Below the pieces are notes generated by a model. That model did not search any database. It had not been told where the DNA came from and was given only the letters and a program-made list of their open reading frames with translations. 64,000 nucleotides of DNA from positions 224,001-288,000 of the forward strand of contig CAVZLN010000008.1 of the NCBI GenBank assembly GCA_963776245.1. Direction: 5' to 3'. A program made the position numbers and the translations under genes. Positions 41,773-52,625 of this stretch are shown piece by piece (the first letter of the stretch is position 1; the number at the start of each line of letters is the position of its first letter). This DNA comes from Candidatus Eiseniibacteriota bacterium. Lineage in GTDB: Bacteria > Eisenbacteria > RBG-16-71-46.

Positions 41773-42881
41773 GACACGCTCCAGCGCTCGAGCACGCGTT
41801 CGAGCCGCGGCTGCACCCGGTCCCAGGCATAGGCCTCGGCGGTGCGCCGGGCCTCGGCCCCGAGCCGCTCGGCCAGGCCACGCCCGTTCGCGATCCGTGC
41901 CAGGGCGCCGCGGAGCGCCAGCGGGTCCCCGGGCGGCACGAGCAGGCCATTGACGCCATCCACCAGCAGCCCGGGCACCCCCGCGACCGCGCTAGCGACC
42001 ACCGGGCGACCCCATGCCATGGCCTCCAGCAGCACGTTCGGAAGCCCCTCGCCCCGTCGCGCCGCCAGCACCACGCATGAGGCGTCGCGGTAGACCGCGC
42101 CGATCCGGTCGCGCGGGACGAAGCCCTCGAAGCGCACGTCGAGACGGCACTCGCGCGCGCGCGCCTCGAGTCGGGCCCGCTCCGGACCGCTGCCGGCGAT
42201 GGTGAGCCGTCCCGACTCCCCGGCCATCGCGTCGATCAGCACGTCCATCCCCTTGTCCGGGATGAGCCGCCCCACCGAGACCACGCGTCCCTCGGCGGCC
42301 GCGCCGACGCCGGACTGCGATCCCGGCAGATCGAGGCCGTTCGGCACCACCTCGAGGTGGGCGGCGACCGCCGCGCGCGCCGTCGGTGCGCGACGGTCGA
42401 GAGCGTCGAGCAGCGCGCGGCGCCCCTCCTCGGTCTGGACCAGCACGCCGCGCGCCGCGCGCCAGGTGCGCGGGTTCAGCCACGCTTCGACCGAGCGCGC
42501 GCGGAGGTCGTACTCCCCTTCACCGCGGATCCACACCACCGCCGGGATCCCGAGCGCACGTTGCGCGCGCACGCCCGCCCAGCCGCTCACGAACGACTGG
42601 AAGCACAGCATCAGTTGGGGCCGCGGGTCGAGCCCGCGCAGCGTGCGCTCGATGGCGACCGCGTCCCGCCACGTCTTCCACCCCGGCAGGCGCGACAGCG
42701 GCAGGCGCACCACCGCGAAGCCCTCACGGGCCTCGCGACCCGGCGGGGCGGGAGGCTCCTGGCGGGTCACCACCGTCACCCGATGGCGTTCCGAGAGCCG
42801 GCGCGCCCAGCCCTCGGCCTGGTGTTCGGCACCCCCCTGCGGGCCCGGCGGGAACCGCCCGATGAGGATCGCGAGATTCAC
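41769..42881 (-). CDS. Glycosyltransferase family 4
   Basis: GTG at 42881 overlaps asnB stop; GGAE, VGRLIPDKG, EGLPNVLLEAM. Confidence 0.87.
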   Translation of the reverse strand: MNLAILIGRFPPGPQGGAEHQAEGWARRLSERHRVTVVTRQEPPAPPGREAREGFAVVRLPLSRLPGWKTWRDAVAIERTLRGLDPRPQLMLCFQSFVSGWAGVRAQRALGIPAVVWIRGEGEYDLRARSVEAWLNPRTWRAARGVLVQTEEGRRALLDALDRRAPTARAAVAAHLEVVPNGLDLPGSQSGVGAAAEGRVVSVGRLIPDKGMDVLIDAMAGESGRLTIAGSGPERARLEARARECRLDVRFEGFVPRDRIGAVYRDASCVVLAARRGEGLPNVLLEAMAWGRPVVASAVAGVPGLLVDGVNGLLVPPGDPLALRGALARIANGRGLAERLGAEARRTAEAYAWDRVQPRLERVLERWSVS

Positions 42882-44797
42882 GCCAGGTCCCCCCCGCCCC
42901 AGGCGGGGATGGGCTGCGCGAGCGCCTCGCGCGGCCGGTCGACGTAGGTCTGGGCCCACAGCTCGAGGCAGAGCAGCGCCCAGGTCTGGCGCGTGCGCCG
43001 CTCGTCGCGCGATCCGACGTCGCTCAACTGGCGCTCGATGGCGGCCGGATCGAGCCAGCCGCGCGCGCGCGCGCGGGGGTCGAGCAGGACCTCGCGCGCC
43101 AGCCGGTCGAATCCACCGCCGAACCAGTGCGTGAGGGGCACCCCGAAGCCCTGTTTCGAACGGGCGAGGATGGACGGCGGCAGCAGCCCCTTCAGGCTCT
43201 CGCGCAGGATCCATTTCCCCGTCATGCCGGCGAGCTTGAGATCGAACGGGATACCGGCCGCGAACTCCTGGAGCGGGTAGTCGAGCAGCGGCTCGCGCAC
43301 CTCGAGGCTGTTGAGCATCGAGGTGCGGTCCACCTTCACCATCACGTCGTCGATCATGTAGGTCTGGGCATCGAGCTGGAGCAGCGCCGCGACGTCCCCG
43401 AGCCCCCGCGCGGCGGCCTGATGGATCGTCCGCATCGCCGCGAACGGGTCGTGGGTGCGCAGCTCGCGGCGCAGATCCGCGCCGAGCAGCGCCATCATCT
43501 CGGGCCGTGGGAAGAACGACTCCACGTGCAGGTGCCGGTCCACCACGCTCATCGGCAGCCGCCGCAGCTTGCGGCCGAGCACGTGGTCGGGGTGCAGCGC
43601 CAGCGCCGGACGCGCGGCCAGCCGTCTCAGCACGCGCGGCACCGCGTCGAGCGCGGCGTATTGCCGCGCGAAGGAGTAGGTCGTGTACCCGCCGAAGGTC
43701 TCGTCGCCGCCGTCGCCCGAGAGCGCCACGGTCACGTGGCGGCGAGCCATCTCGGCGAGGTAGAAGCTCGGGATGACGGACGCGTCGGCCAGCGGCTCAT
43801 CCATCTGCCACACCAGCCGCGGCAGCAGCTCGAGCGCGCGCGGACGCACGATCAGCTCGTGGTGGTCGGTGCCGAGATACGTCGCCACGCGGCGGGCGTG
43901 CTCGACCTCGCTGAAGTCCTGTTCCTCGAACCCGATGGTGAAGGTCTTGACCGGCTCCTGCACGATCTGCTGCATCATCGCCACCACCGCGCTCGAATCC
44001 ACGCCCCCCGACAGGAATGCGCCGAGCGGGACGTCCGAGACGAGGCGTACGCGCACCGCCTCGCGGATCAGCCCGAGGAGGCGCTCGCGGTAGTAGTCCA
44101 GCGAGTGCCCGGCGTCCACCTCGGAGGGGAGCGTCCAGTACCGCTCCACCCGCGCGCCGTTCGCGTCGCACACCAGCCGGTGCGCCGGCGGGAGCTTGCG
44201 CACCCCGCGCCAGATCGTGCCGGGCGCCGGGACGTACTGGAACGTCAGGTAGTCGGCGATGGCACGCTCGTCGATCTCGCGCGGGACCGAGGGGTCGAGC
44301 ATCAGGGCCTTGAGCTCCGATGCGAACACCAGCCGCCGGCCGTCGTCGTGGTAGTAGAGCGGCTTCACGCCGAACCGGTCGCGCCCGAGCAGCAGACGGC
44401 GGCGCGGGCGGTCGTAGAGGGCGAACGCGAACATGCCGCGCAGGTGCGTCAGCATGCCGTCCCCGTGCTCCTCGTAGAGGTGCAGCAGCGCCTCGGTGTC
44501 GCTCGAGCCGCGGAAACGATGCCCGCGGGAGCCGAGGATGGTGCGCAGCGCCGGCCAGCCGTAGATCTCGCCGTTGAACGTGACCCACAGGCTCTCGTCC
44601 TCATTGGGCATCGGCTGGTGCCCGCCGGGCGAGAGGTCGACGATCGCGAGACGGCGGTGGGCGAGCGCGACCGGGCCTTCCGACCACGTGCCCTGCCCGT
44701 CGGGACCACGGTGGACCATGCAGTCGCGCTGGCGCTCGAGCAGAGCGAGATCGGGCGTGCCACCGCCATAATGGAAGACGCCATTGATGCCGCACAT
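42878..44797 (-). CDS. asnB: Asparagine synthase (glutamine-hydrolysing)-like amidotransferase
   Basis: MCGING (Ntn Cys), HRGPD, HRRLAIVD, FNGEIY, RDRFGVKPL, LSGGVDSS, SGDGGDE, KQGF. Confidence 0.92.
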   Translation of the reverse strand: MCGINGVFHYGGGTPDLALLERQRDCMVHRGPDGQGTWSEGPVALAHRRLAIVDLSPGGHQPMPNEDESLWVTFNGEIYGWPALRTILGSRGHRFRGSSDTEALLHLYEEHGDGMLTHLRGMFAFALYDRPRRRLLLGRDRFGVKPLYYHDDGRRLVFASELKALMLDPSVPREIDERAIADYLTFQYVPAPGTIWRGVRKLPPAHRLVCDANGARVERYWTLPSEVDAGHSLDYYRERLLGLIREAVRVRLVSDVPLGAFLSGGVDSSAVVAMMQQIVQEPVKTFTIGFEEQDFSEVEHARRVATYLGTDHHELIVRPRALELLPRLVWQMDEPLADASVIPSFYLAEMARRHVTVALSGDGGDETFGGYTTYSFARQYAALDAVPRVLRRLAARPALALHPDHVLGRKLRRLPMSVVDRHLHVESFFPRPEMMALLGADLRRELRTHDPFAAMRTIHQAAARGLGDVAALLQLDAQTYMIDDVMVKVDRTSMLNSLEVREPLLDYPLQEFAAGIPFDLKLAGMTGKWILRESLKGLLPPSILARSKQGFGVPLTHWFGGGFDRLAREVLLDPRARARGWLDPAAIERQLSDVGSRDERRTRQTWALLCLELWAQTYVDRPREALAQPIPAWGGGDLA

Positions 44798-44807
44798 GGC
44801 CGCGCTC

Positions 44808-47360
44808 CTAGTCTCGCGCCGGCGTCGCGCGCGGACGGCGCACCACCAGCGTGCCGACCGGCACGCCGGAGTAGTAGTCATCGTCCGAGAGATAATCGCT
44901 CAACCGCAGGTTAGGATAATGCGGCGTCCGACGCAGGCGCACCTCCACCCGGTAGGTGCCTTCCGCCATGTCGGACGGGACCTGCACCACGAAGGGATCC
45001 CGCACCACCTCGTCGGGGCGCCAGAGGTCCACGCCGTACCGTCCACCGACGGGCAGGTGATCGCCCCGGAAGCGGTAGCGCTCGTGGCGCAGGCGCTCGA
45101 TCAGCTTGCGCGCGGGCTTGTGGATCCAGGCGGGCGGGTGGAATCCGGGCGGCAGGTCGCGCTCGAAGCGGATCCAGACCCGGTACGAGCCGGGCCGCAC
45201 GGGAGCGGACACGTGCCACCAGGCCGCGCCGGCGACCGAGTCCCCGGGGGCGACCGCGGCGCTGGAGAGTTCCCATCCGGCGAGCGCCGGGAGCCCCTCG
45301 CCCATCGGCGTGAGCGCGCCGCCCGCCCGCCACGGGCTCACCATGGGGCGCGGGCGCGGGGGGCCCTCCAGCGTGTCCAGCGCCGCGCGGTGGATGCGAT
45401 AGACCACGAAGTCCCCGGAGTCGTACACCGGCTCGAAGGCGGCCGGGCGGGCGTCGAACCGGGCCCGCGCCTCCCGGAACCAACCGTGGTCCGGCGCCCA
45501 GTAGTCGAGCGGCGGCGGCCGCTCGAAGCGGTCGTTCAGCACGATCACGTCTGCGCCATAGCGCCTCACCACCGCGCGGGTGGTCGCCCAGGTGGCGCAG
45601 GGATCCAACGCGTCCCGCGCGTCGAGGATGCGGCGCAGCGCGAGCGAGTCGTTGGGCGAGGAATGCTGGTCCACCAGCGTGACCACGTAGTGCCCGGTGA
45701 GCATGGGCACCGCGTACGAGGTCGACGGGTCCGAGAGCACGACCCTTCCCGGCGCGAGCCGGGTGCGCATCCAGTCGAACGCATCGCGCCAGCGCCGGGG
45801 GTCCTCGCTCCGTTCGACGGCGATCACGTCCGCCGGGTGGGTGACCGCGTGCACCGCGTCGCGGACCGCGGGGCTCAGCACCGCGAGCGCCAGCGCGAGC
45901 GCGGTGCCGGCGCGCAGCCGCGCGGGGACATCCGCCGCGTGACGCAGCGCGGCGAGCAGCTCCGGCAGCAGCCACGCCACCAGGCCCGCCAGCGGCACCA
46001 GCCAGATCATCCGCATCAGCAGGTAGCCGAGCCGTGGCTCCAGCAGCGCCACCGCGAGCGGGTCGTACATCACCAGCGCCACGGCGACGGACGAGGTGAG
46101 CAGGTAGAGCACCGCCGGGTTCCCCCGCCCGCGCGACCAGAGCCAGGGCCACGATGCCGGGACGAGCACCCACGCGAGCCCGAGGTGGGCCCACAGCTCC
46201 GAGAGCCCGACGGTGCGCAGCCCGTCCGTGAGCAGCAGCAGCCCCTGGGACTCGGTGTGGATCGGGTTGGTGGGCGCATACGCCTGGCGGGCCCGGAAGG
46301 CGAGGTAAGGTGCGCAGGCGATGCCGATGAGCACCAGGGTCCCCGCGAGCCGCCGGGCCTCGGGGCCGAACCGGCGATCGCGCACGAGCAGGCCGAGGCC
46401 GAGCGCGCCGAACACGATCGCGAACTGGATGGCCGTGAAGACGTGGGTGGCGACCGCCGCGAACGCGAGCGCCGCCGCCGCGAAGCGGATGGCGCGCGCG
46501 GGCGTGCGCAGGTCGGCCAGCACCGCGACGATGGCCGCGAGGGCGAGATGATCGCCGAGCCGCGAGGCGTAGCCGCCGAGCCGGATCGGGCTCTGCATCA
46601 TGCCGCCGCCGTAGGTGAGCACCAGCGCCCAGGCGGCGAGGGCGGCCCCCGCCGATCCGCGCACCAGCACGCCGAGTGCCGCCGCCTGGAGCACGAACAG
46701 CGGTGCGATCAGGGCCGGCAGCCAGGCCCAGGCCTCCACGGGGTCGAGCGCGGCGAGCCGGCACAGCAGCGCGACGATCCCGTGCCACAGGCCCTTGCGC
46801 GGGTCCGCCCCCAGGCTTCCCGCGTCGCGGAAGAAGGCGTCGGCCGGAAAGAGATCCCCGGTCATGAGCATGCGCCGCAGCGTGCCGACATGGTCGGGGC
46901 CATCGCTCGACAGTCCCATCGGCGGTCCCAGCCGCGCGGAATGCCAGGCGGCCAGGGCTGCCGCCAGCACCACCGCGAGCGCGGCCGCTCGCGCCATACC
47001 GGGCCAAGGGCCCGGCGTGCCGCGCGACCCGCGCGCGGCCACCCACAGCCACGGGGCGGCCGCGGCCGCCGGGACCCACGGCAGGAGCGTCAGGAACGAC
47101 AGCCCCGCAAGGCGCGTCCCCCACACCAGCGCGGCGCACCACGCCACGCCGAGGCCGAACGCCCACCCCGGCGCGGTCCACCCACCGCCCGGCGGGCGCG
47201 CGCCGAGCGCCACGAAGGCCGCGCCGGGAGCCAGCAGGAGCACCGCGAACGCGAGCGCGAGCCGCGCCGGTCCGGGCAGCGCGCCGCAGGCGCCGCCGGC
47301 CAGTGCCTGCGCCAGGGCCGCGACGCACGCGGCGACGGCGAGCGCCCGCACGCGCGTCAT
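44808..47360 (-). CDS. Large polytopic membrane protein with C-terminal periplasmic domains, probable GT-C fold
   Basis: ATG at 47360 overlaps upstream stop; SSDGPDH loop, many TMs, then DAFDWMRTRLAPGRVVLSDP and a beta-rich tail. Confidence 0.65.
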   Translation of the reverse strand: MTRVRALAVAACVAALAQALAGGACGALPGPARLALAFAVLLLAPGAAFVALGARPPGGGWTAPGWAFGLGVAWCAALVWGTRLAGLSFLTLLPWVPAAAAAPWLWVAARGSRGTPGPWPGMARAAALAVVLAAALAAWHSARLGPPMGLSSDGPDHVGTLRRMLMTGDLFPADAFFRDAGSLGADPRKGLWHGIVALLCRLAALDPVEAWAWLPALIAPLFVLQAAALGVLVRGSAGAALAAWALVLTYGGGMMQSPIRLGGYASRLGDHLALAAIVAVLADLRTPARAIRFAAAALAFAAVATHVFTAIQFAIVFGALGLGLLVRDRRFGPEARRLAGTLVLIGIACAPYLAFRARQAYAPTNPIHTESQGLLLLTDGLRTVGLSELWAHLGLAWVLVPASWPWLWSRGRGNPAVLYLLTSSVAVALVMYDPLAVALLEPRLGYLLMRMIWLVPLAGLVAWLLPELLAALRHAADVPARLRAGTALALALAVLSPAVRDAVHAVTHPADVIAVERSEDPRRWRDAFDWMRTRLAPGRVVLSDPSTSYAVPMLTGHYVVTLVDQHSSPNDSLALRRILDARDALDPCATWATTRAVVRRYGADVIVLNDRFERPPPLDYWAPDHGWFREARARFDARPAAFEPVYDSGDFVVYRIHRAALDTLEGPPRPRPMVSPWRAGGALTPMGEGLPALAGWELSSAAVAPGDSVAGAAWWHVSAPVRPGSYRVWIRFERDLPPGFHPPAWIHKPARKLIERLRHERYRFRGDHLPVGGRYGVDLWRPDEVVRDPFVVQVPSDMAEGTYRVEVRLRRTPHYPNLRLSDYLSDDDYYSGVPVGTLVVRRPRATPARD

Positions 47361-48337
47361 CGAGCCGCCTCGGGGTCGGCGGCCAGTCGCCGGGTCAGCA
47401 GCCGCGTCACGTGGCCGATCAGCCCGGCGACATGCGCCGCGCGGCGCCGGCGCCGCGGCGCGAACGGGGCGAGCGCCGCGTTCTTCAGGAGCGTCAGCGC
47501 CAGGCTCAGGATGAGGCTCAGCTTGAACAGGAACGCGAGAGGAGGCGTGAAGGAGAGGTCCCAGAAGTAACAGGCCGACTCGAGGTTCGCGGCGGGCATG
47601 GACTCGCCCTCGAAGATGCGGCTCTGCCCGCCGAGATGCGTGACCTGGGCTCGCGGCTCGTACGCGAGGCGCAGGCCGGCCCGGCGGGCGCGCAGGCTCC
47701 ACTCCACGTCGTCGTAATTGAGCACCAGCCGCCGATCGAGCAGACCCACGCGCTCGAGCGCTTGGCGACGGAACAGCACGCATGCCCCCGACAGCACCTC
47801 GGTCTCGTGCGGTCCCCCATACCACGCGCGGGGGTGGGCGCCGCTCACCCACCCGAGCAGCGCCGGGATGCGCGCCGGGATCGGGGTGTGGCCCAGCAAC
47901 GTGGGCAGCACGCCGGGCGCCCGGCGCGCGCACACGAACTGGGTGGTCCCGTCGGCGTTGAGCAGCCGCGGGCCCGCCGCCGCGAGCCCCGGATCCCCCT
48001 CGAGCCGCCGCGCCAGTTCGCCGAGCGCGTCCCCGATCAGGAACGCGTCGGAGTTGAGCGCCAGGACGTGGCGGCCGCGCGCCGCGCGCAGCCCCTGGTT
48101 GCAGGCGGGAGCGTAGCCCCGGTTCTCCGGATTGCGGACCAGTGTCACCGCGGGCCAGCGCTCCGCGACCCACTCGGCCGAGCCGTCGGACGACGCGTTG
48201 TCGATGACCAGCACCTCGCGCGACAACTCCGGGCTGCTGGCGAACGCGGCCTCCAGACAGCGGTCGAGCATCCGGCGCGTGTTCCAGCTCACGATCACGA
48301 TGGAGACGTACGGTGCGGCGGCCGGGAGGTCAGACAT
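47357..48337 (-). CDS. GT2 (WbbL/rhamnosyltransferase-like)
   Basis: IVIVSWN, IDNASSDGS, NRGYAPACNQG, LNSD, SGAC, YDDVEW. Confidence 0.88.
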   Translation of the reverse strand: MSDLPAAAPYVSIVIVSWNTRRMLDRCLEAAFASSPELSREVLVIDNASSDGSAEWVAERWPAVTLVRNPENRGYAPACNQGLRAARGRHVLALNSDAFLIGDALGELARRLEGDPGLAAAGPRLLNADGTTQFVCARRAPGVLPTLLGHTPIPARIPALLGWVSGAHPRAWYGGPHETEVLSGACVLFRRQALERVGLLDRRLVLNYDDVEWSLRARRAGLRLAYEPRAQVTHLGGQSRIFEGESMPAANLESACYFWDLSFTPPLAFLFKLSLILSLALTLLKNAALAPFAPRRRRRAAHVAGLIGHVTRLLTRRLAADPEAAR

Positions 48338-49814
48338 CCTGGCCCTCCTGCCCCGGCACGCTCGCGGTGCGCAGGCGCGCGCGCACCGCCGCCTTGATCT
48401 GCGCGATCTCCAGCGGGGTGATCGAGGTGGCCGCCCACAGCAGCGCGATGCCCGCGCCGACCAGGCGCCAGCGCCAGTCCGGGAAGGGCAGCGCGGCCAC
48501 CGCGATCACGGCGGCGAACGAGGTGGCCAGCAGGCGCAGGTTGTCGCGCGTGAAGCGGAATCCGTTCACGCGGCGCAGGTAGATCACGTGCATGCCCAGG
48601 TGCACGCTCCACGACACGGTGTGGCCCCACACCGCGCCCCACAGGCGCTGCTCGGCGGGCACGCCGAAGAAGATGGCGGCGAAGGTGCCGTAGTGGATCA
48701 GCGACATGATGTTGCGGGCCCGGTGACGCTCCTGGGGCAGCAGCGGCAGCTGGATGGCGAAGGAGACCGCCTTGACGAGATCGCCCACCAGTTGGACCGG
48801 GAACAGCGGCAGGGCGTCCAGGAACCGGCTCGAGAACAGCAGGTGGATGACCACGTCGCGGGACAGCAGGATGGCCAGGATGCCCGCCGCCGAGAACAGC
48901 ACGGCGACGCGCGTGGCGTTATTGACCTCCTGATTGATGGCCGCGACCTCGCGCAACTGGCTGATGCGGGGGAAGGAGTACGCGGTCATCGCATTGAGCG
49001 GGATGGCGAGGTACTGCATGGAGATCGCGAACAGCGCCTGGAAGATGCCATTGCGGGTCAGACCGCAGTCGTGGACGATCTGCGCCCGCAGGACGAACGG
49101 GAAGGCCATCGTGAGGACGAACGGGACGAAGTTGGCCGCGCCGAATCGCCACAGGCTGGTGACGACCGTGCGGTCGAAGGGCGCCCGCGCGATCGCCTGC
49201 CGCATCTCGCGGTCCATCGTCCGATCGGCCGTCCAGCGCGCCACGGCCCAGCCGAGCACGGCGAACACCAGCAGGTGGATCGAGGCGCCCTTGAGCCTCC
49301 AGATCAGCACCAGCGGCGCCAGCACCGCGAGTCCGCCGATCGAGGTGATCATGATGGCGCGCGAGTAGGAGCGGATCTCGAGTCCGGCCTGCACGAACAT
49401 GAGCCAGGTCTGCGACTGCACCAGGAACGGGATGCCGAGGACCGGCGCCACCAGCATCACCATGTAGATCGGATCGCCCGTCGCCCACACCGTCAGCGGC
49501 TTGAGCCAGACCAGGCACAGCGCGGTGGCGATCAGCGAGAGCCAGAGGAAGAGCCGCGCCGCGGTCGCGACGAACGAGACCAGCCGCTCGCGGTCCTCCT
49601 TGCGGTAGAGCGCGACGTAACGAAGCGCCCCGGTCTGCAGTCCCAGAGGCACCACTCCGGCAGCGAGGCTCTGCAGCCCGAAGAGCTGGGCGAACAGCCC
49701 GATCCCGGTGGGACCGAGCACCTCCGCGAGGAGCTTGTTGCGCAGCACGGCGACGGCGGTGTTGGCGATGGTCGAGGTGCCGATCAGGAACACCGAACGG
49801 AGCAGGGCTCTCAT
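48330..49814 (-). CDS. Wzx-like flippase 1 (O-antigen translocase)
   Basis: MOP-type polytopic; RNKLLAEVLGPTGIG, YSFPRIS, LVGDLVK. Confidence 0.8.
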   Translation of the reverse strand: MRALLRSVFLIGTSTIANTAVAVLRNKLLAEVLGPTGIGLFAQLFGLQSLAAGVVPLGLQTGALRYVALYRKEDRERLVSFVATAARLFLWLSLIATALCLVWLKPLTVWATGDPIYMVMLVAPVLGIPFLVQSQTWLMFVQAGLEIRSYSRAIMITSIGGLAVLAPLVLIWRLKGASIHLLVFAVLGWAVARWTADRTMDREMRQAIARAPFDRTVVTSLWRFGAANFVPFVLTMAFPFVLRAQIVHDCGLTRNGIFQALFAISMQYLAIPLNAMTAYSFPRISQLREVAAINQEVNNATRVAVLFSAAGILAILLSRDVVIHLLFSSRFLDALPLFPVQLVGDLVKAVSFAIQLPLLPQERHRARNIMSLIHYGTFAAIFFGVPAEQRLWGAVWGHTVSWSVHLGMHVIYLRRVNGFRFTRDNLRLLATSFAAVIAVAALPFPDWRWRLVGAGIALLWAATSITPLEIAQIKAAVRARLRTASVPGQEGQDV

Positions 49815-51287
49815 GCGCGCGCCCCTCCGGCCGCCCACGCGCGCGCCAGCGCGCCGATGCCGAGCCCGCGCGCGAACCACCACAGGACCGGCGCGTACAC
49901 CAGCGCCACGGCGGCGGTGCGCAGCCACGCGGCGCCCGCGGATGACGGCGGACCGACCGCGCACACCGCGAATGCCGCCGCCCCCGCCCACGCCGCGGGC
50001 AGGAAGCTCGCGATCGCGAACGTCAGACGCTCGACCGGCCCGCTCCGCAGGTCGCGCGCCGCGAGCGCCACCAGCGTGATCGCGAACGCCGCCGTAGCCG
50101 AGGCACGCCGCCCCCGCCACCGCGGCCGGGACGCGGAGCGCGCGCGGCGACACCGAACACCATCATCGCGGTGAGCGCGGCGCACGCCGCCGAGGCGCGC
50201 GAACAGGGTCCACGTGCGGCCGCTGCCGAGCAGCCAGTAGCCCGGCAGGGTGGCGGCCGACAGCAGGAGCGCGCCGAACGCGAGCAGGCGCAGGGCGTCG
50301 ATGCCTCCGCCGTAGCGCGGCAGCCACCACAGCACCGCGCGGCCCCGCCCACACCATGCCGATGCGCGACCGCGAGCGGGAGCAGCAGCGTGAGGACGCG
50401 CTGCGTGCGGGTCACTTCGTCGCGGGTGCGCTCGAGGTCGCGCGCGCCGCCGGCCGCCGCCGCGATGCGCGGGTAGAGCACCGCGGCGACGGACTCGGGC
50501 GGGTAGAGCACCAGGCCCGCGGCGGTGAGCCCGAGACTGTAGAGGCCGAGGGACTCGGGGTGGCCGGCGTGGACGAGCGCGATCCGGTCCACCGATCGCA
50601 GCGCCAGCGAGGCGAGGAAGGTGCCGAACACCGGCAGTCCGGCCCACGCCAGCGCGAGCCCGTCGCGCGCGTCGCCGAACGCGAGCGGCACGTCGCGTGC
50701 GACGAGACGCAGCGCGCGAGCGCCACCAGCGTGCCGACGCAGCCATCCGCCGGCCAGCGCCCACAGACCGAAGCGCGCCACCAGCGCCAGCCCCAGGCCA
50801 CCACCGAGCAGCGCCTGCAGCGCGGTGGCCTCGCTCACCGGCGGAACACGCCGCGCGCCCGGAGCGCGGTGGCGTGCAGCTGGAACGCGAGCTGGGCCGC
50901 GGCCGCGGCGAGCAGGAGCATCGCGGGACCCGGCCCGGCGACCGCGGTGAGCAGCGGCGTGCCCGCCACCAGCGCGGCGCCGACGGCGAGCGCGAACAGC
51001 GCGAACGCCGCCGCGATCACGGACCACGCGCCGCCGAGCAGGCGCCGCGCCGCGGCGCGGTCGCCCTGGCCCTCGGCCACCGGCAGGCGCAGCTCGAGGC
51101 CCTGCAGCGCGCCGGCCGAGGCGTAGCCGCCGTAGTCGAGCACCAGGCTGAGCGCGTTCCACGCCCCGAAGCCGGCGGGCCCGAGCACCACCGCCGCCAC
51201 CAGCCCGCGCGCCAGCATCACCGCTCGCGCCACGTAGGTGGCGAGGGCGAGGCCGACCGAGTCGCGGATCAGGGTGCGGGGGGACAC
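49811..51287 (-). CDS. Wzx-like flippase 2 (multiple frameshifts)
   Basis: LIRDS, VLGPAGFG, SVDRIAL..LGLYSLG, VLYPRIA across ORFs 50835..51287, 50023..51372 and 49811..50764. Confidence 0.7.
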
Positions 51288-51350
51288 GGGTGCGCGCCTC
51301 TCCTACGCCGGGGCTTGGAGCGGGACGGGCCGCTCCTCTAGAATGAGCGG

Positions 51351-52596
51351 ATGCACGCGCCCCCGCCCCCACCCCGCGATCTCGCCACCCCGCCCGTGCA
51401 TCCCGAGCGGCTCGCCTCGCTGGGCGGCCGCCCGGTGCGCGACACGTTCCTGCCGCTGGCGATGCCGTGGATCGGCGAGCGCGAGAAGGCGCTCGTGCTC
51501 GAGACGCTCGAATCCGGCTGGATCACCACCGGCCCGAAGGCGCAGGCCCTCGGCGAGCGCATCGCGGCGCTCGCGGGCGCGAAGCACGGGCTGGCGGTGA
51601 ACTCCGCCACCGGCGCGCTCCATCTCGCGCTCGCCGCACTCGGCGTGGGCCGGGGCGACGAGGTCATCACGTCGGCCTACACCTTCGCCGCCTGCGTCAA
51701 CGTCATCGAGCATGTCGGCGCCACGCCGGTGCTGGTGGACGTCGAGCCCGACACGCTGTGCCTCGACCCGCGCGCCGTCGAGCGCGCGCTCACCCCGCGC
51801 ACGCGGGCCGTCATGCCGGTGGACTACGCCGGGCACCCGTGCGATTACGGGGCGCTCCTGCCGCTGTGCCGCGCCCACGGCGTGCACGTGGTCGAGGACG
51901 CCGCTCACGCCCTCGGCGCCGCGTGGCGCGGGCGCGCCGGTCGGCTCGTTCGCCGACGTCACCGCGTTCTCGTTCTACGCGACCAAGAACCTCACCACCG
52001 GCGAGGGGGGCGCCGCGGTCACCGCGGACGACGCCCTCGCCGAGCGCATGGCGCTGCTCTCGCTGCACGGCATGAGCCGGGACGCCTGGAAGCGCTACGG
52101 CGACACCGGGTCGTGGTACTACGAGGTGACCGCGCCGGGATTCAAGTACAACTTCAGCGACGTGCTCGCGGCGCTGGGGCTCGGCCAGCTCGAGCGCTTC
52201 GAAGGGTTCCAGCGCCGCCGCGCGGAGATCGTGGCGCGCTACGACGCCGGGCTCGCCGGGGTGGCCGGGGTCCGCACCATGCGGGCCCGCCCGGACGTCA
52301 CGCACGCCCGCCATCTCTATCCGATCGCGCTCGAGCTCGAACGGCTCACCCTCGATCGCGCGGCATTCATCCGCGAACTGCGGGCCGAGAACATCGGCAC
52401 CTCGGTGCACTTCATCCCCATCCACTTCCACCCGCACTTCGCCCGCACGCTCGGCCGCCGCGAAGGGGATTTCCCGGTCGCCGAGGACGCCTACCGCCGG
52501 GCCGTGACGCTGCCGCTGTTCCCGCGCATGAGCGACCGCGACGCCGACGACGTCGTCGCGGCCGTGATCAAGGTCGCCGCGCACTTCGCCCGCTGA
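51351..52596 (+). CDS. DegT/DnrJ/EryC1/StrS aminotransferase (frameshift near 51935)
   Basis: SGWITTGP, VNSATGALH, PVDYAG, EDAAHALG, FSFYATKNLTTGEGG (PLP Lys), TLPLFP. Confidence 0.9.
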
Positions 52597-52625
52597 CGCG
52601 GCGGGCGCGAGCGGTCCGCCTGGAT

